Shown here: positions 56,240 to 64,000 of the stretch, in pieces | Layout: every line of letters starts with the position of its first letter | Numbering within the stretch: position 1 is the stretch's first letter | NCBI GenBank assembly: GCA_951406725.2 | Contig: OX597828.1 | Location: 22,134,001 to 22,198,000, forward strand | From: Octopus vulgaris | Lineage: Eukaryota | Direction of reading: 5' to 3' | Length of the DNA stretch: 64,000 bases | Position numbers and translations under genes: made by a program | Notes under the pieces: generated by a model | Database searches by the model: none | The model's input: only the letters and a program-made list of their open reading frames with translations | Told to the model about the DNA's origin: nothing

Positions 56240-56903
56240 TAATAATAATAATGATACTGTTATTAACACTAGGTTCTTACTTGCATTATATCATCAGTGT
56301 AAATAAATTGGGCCACGGCTAAGAGAAAAATATTGTTGTAGCGTCGTATAATTTTTGTCATGAGTTCCATTTTCTAAAGATGAGGTGACCGTTTATTGAA
56401 TTACTTGTGAAAAGATAATTAAATAGTTAATTCTGCCTTCCCTGTAGATCTATTCAGCTTGTTCACATGGTACCATTGTTTTTGCGCCATTTTCACGGCT
56501 TGTCTTTTCTTTGAGACGCTTGTATTATATCATTTGGTGATATTGTTGGAAATTACAATATCTTTTACTTCATCTAAGAACATTAGAAAGATATTGTTTG
56601 GAATATGTGTCTGTGTCTGAGTTTGTTTGAAAGAGTGTACCGGTTCGTTTCGCTGAGTGTGTGTGTGTATGTGTGTGTGTGTGCGTGCGTGTGAGTGTGT
56701 TGTATAGTTTGTCAGGAGTGGACATATTCTCTCTTCTTGTTAATTATAATTGTGTCCTTATTATTTTGGCAGCAGGGCAAGACAGCGAAATATTTCAACA
56801 CAATAGAATAATACAAAAGTAATCCAAAACTCATATTTCCGGGGGAGCGCATAACAATACAACAGCTTGTATATACACACACATGTATATATAGCTATAC
56901 ATG

Positions 56904-56954
<51 letters not shown>

Positions 56955-57214
56955 TTATGTATGTATGTATGTATATATATATATATATACATAAGTATAT
57001 ATGTATGTGTGTATATATATATATAATATAAACAATGTATATATATATATATATATATATGCATATATAGGTACAGTATATCACCAAAAGTAAACAACAT
57101 GAAATACGAAAACAACGTATATAGACATATACATACGTAAGTATATGTGTATGTATGTATCTCTATCTTTCTATTTCTCTCTCTCTCTCTCTATTTATCT
57201 ACCTATTTACACAC

Positions 57215-57248
<34 letters not shown>

Positions 57249-57673
57249 TTGTGTGTGTTTGTACGTGTGTGTGTGTGCGTCTGTCTGTCTGTCTGTCTGT
57301 GTATAAATATGTACATACAAATGATATGAAATATATTGAATTTATAATGAGTGTATAGCTTATTAAGCAGCTCTGAAATTCTTCGATCATAATTCCGAGT
57401 TTCACGATGCCGATTATGCAAACAACTGCTGACAGGAAGTAGCGTGACAATATACAATAAAAATATTAAATAACGGCGAAATATGATTAGTCACCCATTC
57501 CTCTATTCAATTGTCACACCCAGAACACGCATCATCGTCTATTACATATAAGGTATCATATTTAAAGGCGGTTTTGATAACTAGTGTCTTGTATATCACA
57601 ACTGCTTGGCAGAATTTAAACTGACGATGTACACACATTAACACACGAGAGGTTAAGAATAATTGAGAATGTT

Positions 57674-58148
57674 TGAAATTATTTGTGTCTAAGGCCAGCT
57701 GGTGACGTTGATCTCCTGGGGCTAAAAGCATCAGTAACACCCCACCCCCAGTGGCTAGCCACATTCAGATGGCTAGTACACTTTACGTTGTCGAGCGGTT
57801 ACTGTTTATATCTCGTTCAGAGATTTATTAATGCTTTCAGACAGTTTTTCTAAATCAGTGACTGTGGTTGCTGTGAAAAACGTTAAATATTATTATTTGC
57901 AGAGGGTCTCCTTCATCGAAAACCGGTGTTTACCATGCGTTGACGAGAGGCAATTACCTTGAAACTATAGTCCGTATGTATCACTTAGGTTTTCGAGGGA
58001 GGATGACCTCCCTTTGCAAATAACACAAGGGCACTGAAATTTTGTGTCTAAGGCCAGCTGGTGACGTTGATCTCCTGGGGCTAAAAGCATCAGTAACACC
58101 CCACCCCCAGTGGCTAGCCACATTCAGATGGCTAGTACACTTTACGTT
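57674..58148. repeat. ~110-bp direct repeats flanking a ~245-bp spacer
   Basis: 57682-57789 matches 58041-58148. Confidence 0.92.
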
Positions 58149-60004
58149 TTGAAATTATTGTAATACACAAATTTCTCATAGTAATATTTTGTGTTACATA
58201 AAGCGAAGAGCAGACAGGATCATAAGTACGACAGGCAAAATGCTTAGCGGCATTTCGTCCGATTTCCCGTTCTGAGTTCAAATTCCTGCAAGGTCACCTA
58301 CGCCTTTTATTCGTTCAGGTTCAATAAGTGAATGCCAGTTAGATACTGTGGACGATGTATTCAACTTATACTCTCCCCCGAACTTCCTGGCCTTGTGCTA
58401 AAATTTCTAACTAATATCTGGTGTTAAAATAAGAAAATGATTATGATTTCGTTACTGTAGTCTGTTATTTTGACATTTATCACTGAAACAAATCAAAACC
58501 TTTCCTCTCAGTAAAGACGGAACTCTGTTTTGGAGTGATATACAGAGTTGATTTTTCAGGAGAACTGGAATGCAGGACATAACAAGGCAGAAGAAATGTC
58601 ACATAGTATTGAACCAATCCCCATTCTGTAATAATAGATATTTTGTAATTTAGGCAAAGGCCTGAAATTTTCTGGGTTGGTTAGATTAAAGCTACTCCGG
58701 TTTTTTTGGCTGGTACTTTATGTTAACTATCATAGAGTGATGAATCACAAGAATGATTTGGGTAGGGTTAGAATACAGAGAGCCGGAAGTGCTGTCGCAA
58801 GGACATGTTGTTATGCTGTTTCAATCCTGCGAATCCACCACCCTCGATAATAGTTTAAAATTTCGTCTCAAAGCCATCAGTTTTAAGGTTAAGGGATAAG
58901 CTGATTAGAGAGAATTCAATTCTTGACTGCCACATATTTTATCTAATCGCACGGATGGAAAACAAAAATACCGACCTCGGCTGAGTTTGTACCCGGAAAT
59001 TCATGAACCAGAAGAAATAATGCTAAAACATTTTTTTCCTAAGGCTCTACTGATTCTACCAATCCACCATAGTAGGTACTGATTTCAGTAATTACCTTGG
59101 CAGGGTGAAGATACTCAACAACAGTAACATAAATGGTATTCACCATATAAACATATAATCAAATTAAGGTGGCCGGTTGGGCAAAATGTTTTACGGTATT
59201 TCATCCAGCTTTACGTTCAGAGTTCAACTTCCGACGAGGTCGACTCTGATTTCCATCCATTCGCGGTCGATAAGATAGTAGCTTGATCGATAAGATAGTA
59301 CTGTGTTCGATGTAATCGCCTTGCTCCTCGCCTGAAATTACTGGCATTGTACCCTATATTTGATAACAATATATAAACCAATTGGCAGGGAATTGGCCCT
59401 CGATGATGTTTTTATAATATATTTCAATCGCAGGCATCTGCGACAGGTGCTGTAAATTCGCAATATACGAGAGAAAAACTAACAGGAGAAATCTATTAAT
59501 AGACAGATGTAAGTCATTGATTAAATAAAAGAAAATGAGAGTATAGGACGTAAAAAAAAATCTTACACCCATCGATTATTAAACCCCACGAAATGTCTAG
59601 TCAGCTCTCCTTGCTCAACAAGAAGAAATGCAATCCCTCCAAGTATTTTTTGGTCAAACGAGCTTCGCATACTTCAGCAGTTAGCCGTACACTACTATTT
59701 CCCCCCTGCTGTCTTGTCTTTTTTTATGTTTTTCCCCCTCTACAAACAGGATGTAATTTCTAGTGTGAAAAGATTTCCAAATATCGATTATGTTCAGAAG
59801 GGAACCGTTCTGTTGTATTGGTGAGAATTGCTTGAACTCGGCAGAAAGAATCCGACAGCGAAAACAAGAATCTCTGACAATGGCCTGGAGGAAATGTTAA
59901 GGAATATTCGTTGAATAGTGTGAAATTGAATACAAGGTTAGCATAGGATTTGTTGAGTTGAAGGAATGGACAGTTTCATTCAACGCAACACAAACAAACA
60001 CACA

Positions 60005-60063
<59 letters not shown>

Positions 60064-60208
60064 TTGGCACACACATTAACAACTCTCAATATATTCATTC
60101 ACTGTCTCTCTTTTTTTCACCTCATATTCTATTTCTCCATCAGTCTCTCTCTCTGTCTTCCTCTCTTTCTCTCTGCCTCTGTGTGTCTGTCTATCTATCT
60201 ATCTATCC

Positions 60209-60278
<70 letters not shown>

Positions 60279-60337
60279 ACTCGTCTCTTTAATTCTGCGT
60301 TTCCTGTATAAATATACATACATATAAATATGCATAA

Positions 60338-60369
<32 letters not shown>

Positions 60370-60409
60370 ATATATATTTGCATATATATATGTATGTATA
60401 TATGTATAT

Positions 60410-60455
<46 letters not shown>

Positions 60456-60531
60456 ATACATATAATTAATGCGCAACATGCGCATGAATATATAACATCA
60501 CAAGCAAGTATGCATATCAGTGTGCTGTATA

Positions 60532-60576
<45 letters not shown>

Positions 60577-60892
60577 ATATATAAGTTTGCACAGGTGTTA
60601 CATTATATAATGATGTAAATATGTATAGGTATGGAAATTCAAATATGCATGCAGTATCATATACGAACAGACATGGATACAGACGCATACAGGGAGACAC
60701 ATATTTGTTGCTGTGCATAAAAATGTACGATGTATACATATGTACAAAGACACACAGACATACAAAACGTACACATACGCGAGCGCCATATACACACACA
60801 CGCACATACACAAACACACATATACACGAAGGCACCCATCTCTCTCTCTCTCTCTCTCTATCAATATGTTAATTCATATATATGTATGAATG

Positions 60893-60923
<31 letters not shown>

Positions 60924-60952
60924 GAATGAATATATATGTATGTATATATATT

Positions 60953-60986
<34 letters not shown>

Positions 60987-61842
60987 CATAGATATATATA
61001 TACATATATATATACATATATATATATATGTATATATGTGTGTATACATATATGTATATATATATGTATGTATATATATATATATATGTATATATGTAAT
61101 ATATATATATATATATGTACAAACACACAAAGCCATTGATTAATAGAGAGAGATTGATAAATTTACGCATGCGCTGTTGTGCGTGTCAGTTGGAATGTAA
61201 AGAGACACAATAACGAAATTAACTCTGTGCAGCCGAGAGCTATGTATTAGCCTTATTCAAGTAAACCATAGCTCACCCTCATGCCCTGCAGATCAACTAG
61301 TGATAGCATGGCTGCCAACAACTTGAGAGCTAAGATAATACGTCACAAAAGCCTTCTCAACTGCTGCGTTTGTTCGGTGACATCTACCCATCAGCATCTA
61401 CCCTTATATAACCGGCAGCATTGATGTCATTTAATCATATAGTGACATGGGTGTGTAAAGAAACGTAAATACATACCGATATATTCAGAATACCACGAGT
61501 TGTTTTGCTCCCATCTATGCTAGTTCCCTAAGAGTTAAAAAGAAATACCAGCGAAGTCATCGCTGTCTGATGCCCAGCAAGAGGCGTTACGTGCTGTAGA
61601 CTTAAAACACTATCGTGGATATTCAAAATTATAGTAAATTAATGCTTAAATTGGTATCACGCTCCAGTATAACCACGGAATGATGAACATTTTTGGATAT
61701 AATTGCTAGATATCAATGAATGCTATGCAGTGAAATACATATATGGATGCGGACATAGACTCAACATATAAATGCATTACTGCTCTTCCCTTTATACTGC
61801 GGTTCTTTTACGGATATATGACACATTGACGATATGTATATG

Positions 61843-61927
<85 letters not shown>

Positions 61928-62090
61928 TATTATTATTATTATATATATACATCACCGTGACCGACGAGACCATCAGATCTTGCTACACATCGCTGGTCAC
62001 AATGCGTTTCGTATTGTTTTAGCCTTCAAATGACGCCACCCCGCTGGCACATACATACAGTTAGACACATACAGATACACAAACGGCCAG

Positions 62091-62125
<35 letters not shown>

Positions 62126-62133
62126 GTATTTTT

Positions 62134-62566
62134 TATAAGCTTTAGGCTTATAGGAATCGCTTTGCAAATGATGGGAAATATAAGCCCTCGACAGAAAAAG
62201 TAGGTTTTCTTGTACGCGTGGGACTCGAATCCACATCCTTGTGTTAACGCGACTAAGTGTGTTACCGATTACCCCAGCAAACCTGTCTGCTCCTTTCTAT
62301 CAAATATGAGAATTATATTAGCTCGTAGGTGTTTTTATAAACAAACTTTATGTATTTTTAGTAAGAAGGGTTTTGTTTAGCGGTGTCAGCAGACTGGTTC
62401 GCTGGTGTAATCGCTAACACACTTAACCGCATTAACAAAGGGATGTGGTTTCGATTCCCACGCGTACGAGAAAGCCTACTTTTTCTATCGAGGGCTCATA
62501 TACCCCATTATTAGACTATTTTCCTTGGTCATTTGCACGGTGATCGCTATAAGTTTTAAGCTTATA
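62134..62566. mobile_element. Fold-back element of two divergent tRNA-like-headed arms
   Basis: 62134-62291 is a diverged reverse complement of 62388-62566; each arm has TGGKGTAATCG and GTGGWTTCGAKTCCCAC. Confidence 0.75.
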
Positions 62567-62661
62567 CAAATATACAATTATTATTATTTACAGAATTGTA
62601 AAACTCAACACTGCTTAACATAAACATTCTCACTGAAAGGATATACATATATATATATATA

Positions 62662-62972
62662 TATATTTAGTGAGGGAAGATCCTGAAGAGAAAGCTGCAA
62701 AATGGTCTCCTTATTCAATCCGAATTAGGGAATTTGCAGCCTTTGAAACATATGTAGAAAATAATAAAAAGGAATTTTGTAAAATCTTCGTTCAGCTCCA
62801 TTTCTTCCCTCACTAAATATATAAAACTTCAATTATCCGCACTAAGGCACGTTTGCGATACCCCATGGTCGTAACCTCAACCGTGATTTTTCTGTTGTGA
62901 TTTTTGCTACCCAGGTATCGGTTATAATTTGAATAATCCGTAACAAGATAATTCTTTTATCCATTTCAATAA
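62662..62972 (+). mobile_element. PLE-type terminus with a short inverted segment
   Basis: TATTTAGTGAGGGAAGA / TCTTCCCTCACTAAATA; homologous to 25912-26059; starts at (TA)n. Confidence 0.7.
62681..62758 (+). ncRNA. Type I hammerhead ribozyme, stem I clipped by the inversion junction
   Basis: UC-CUGAAGA-GAAAGCUGCAAA...UUUGCAGCCUUU-GAAAC-AUAU-GUA-GA. Confidence 0.75.
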
Positions 62973-63010
<38 letters not shown>

Positions 63011-63591
63011 GTCTGTGTGTGTGTGTGCGTGTAGAAGGTTGAAAAGTAACACACGAGTTAATATGTATATGATAAAGTAGAAATACTACCATCTACCAAG
63101 GCATCACATAAGTAAAAGAAAGAGAGAGAGAGAGAGAGACAAAAAAACGGAAAATCTACCTGTTTGAAGACTATCGAGATTTTAAAAAAAAACATTACAG
63201 TTAGTTTGTCCTCAATTTAATTGCTTTTCTTGCTTTAAAAGCCGAAAAGGCTGAAACCGGTACTAAAATGTTCTTCATGATGAAATTATTTTAGCATTTT
63301 CTACTTTGTCTAATTTTCCCGAAATATATGTATATGAACATGTGGAACCGTTTATCCGGGCATGTTTGTCTTCTCACTCCATTTTTCTCTCTCTATCTGT
63401 TTCTTTCGCCATTGCCTGAAATAGAAGTACGTAACGTCAAAAGTCACGTAACGCCAAAAGATTTTGCCCTTTTTCTGAGCGTTTAAACAAGTAGAACTTG
63501 CTTCCATAATTTCTCTCAGCGTTGTGATCATTCTATTCTTTCTTATAATTCTGATCTATTTATCTATCTGTCGGTCTATCTGTCTATCTAT

Positions 63592-63650
<59 letters not shown>

Positions 63651-63652
63651 CC

Positions 63653-63694
<42 letters not shown>

Positions 63695-63700
63695 CATACA

Positions 63701-63797
<97 letters not shown>

Positions 63798-64000
63798 TTA
63801 CGTATACAAGATTGACTTGGGTTTTACAAGCATAAATATGCTCTCTAATTCCCATATTGTCTTCACAAAACGTAACCGTCAATACATGTTATATAGAAAT
63901 TGCAACTCAACCTTACACACACGCACACTTAGAAGCATACACAAAGTACATGCCTACATTTAGACACAGACACATACACAAACGCACGAACACGACTCGC

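Overview
AT-rich, microsatellite-saturated animal genomic DNA, intergenic or intronic. The SINE families and repeat landscape point to a coleoid cephalopod, most likely Octopus (recognition-based inference). I found no host protein-coding exon I can support; almost all supplied ORFs are translations of (TA)n/(CA)n/(TAA)n/(TATC)n arrays. The window is a graveyard of mobile elements: (1) one structurally complete but frameshifted Penelope-like retroelement (PLE, Naiad-like RT + GIY-YIG) at 28944-33950, with near-identical direct pLTRs; (2) further PLE 3' fragments; (3) a full-length IR/DR-type Tc1 (DD34E) element and older Tc1/mariner relics; (4) CR1-like and R4/Dong-like LINE fragments; (5) at least four tRNA-derived SINE families. 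The most interesting signal is invisible in the ORF track. About a dozen minimal type I hammerhead ribozyme motifs, from roughly seven distinct sequence families, lie in short PLE-type termini abutting (TA)n arrays. The well-preserved ones have a palindromic stem III (dimer-type). One family has a compensatory U3:A8 core, and one sits in a ~183-bp palindrome that ends at the cleavage site. Folding was done by eye, and coordinates of degraded elements are approximate.
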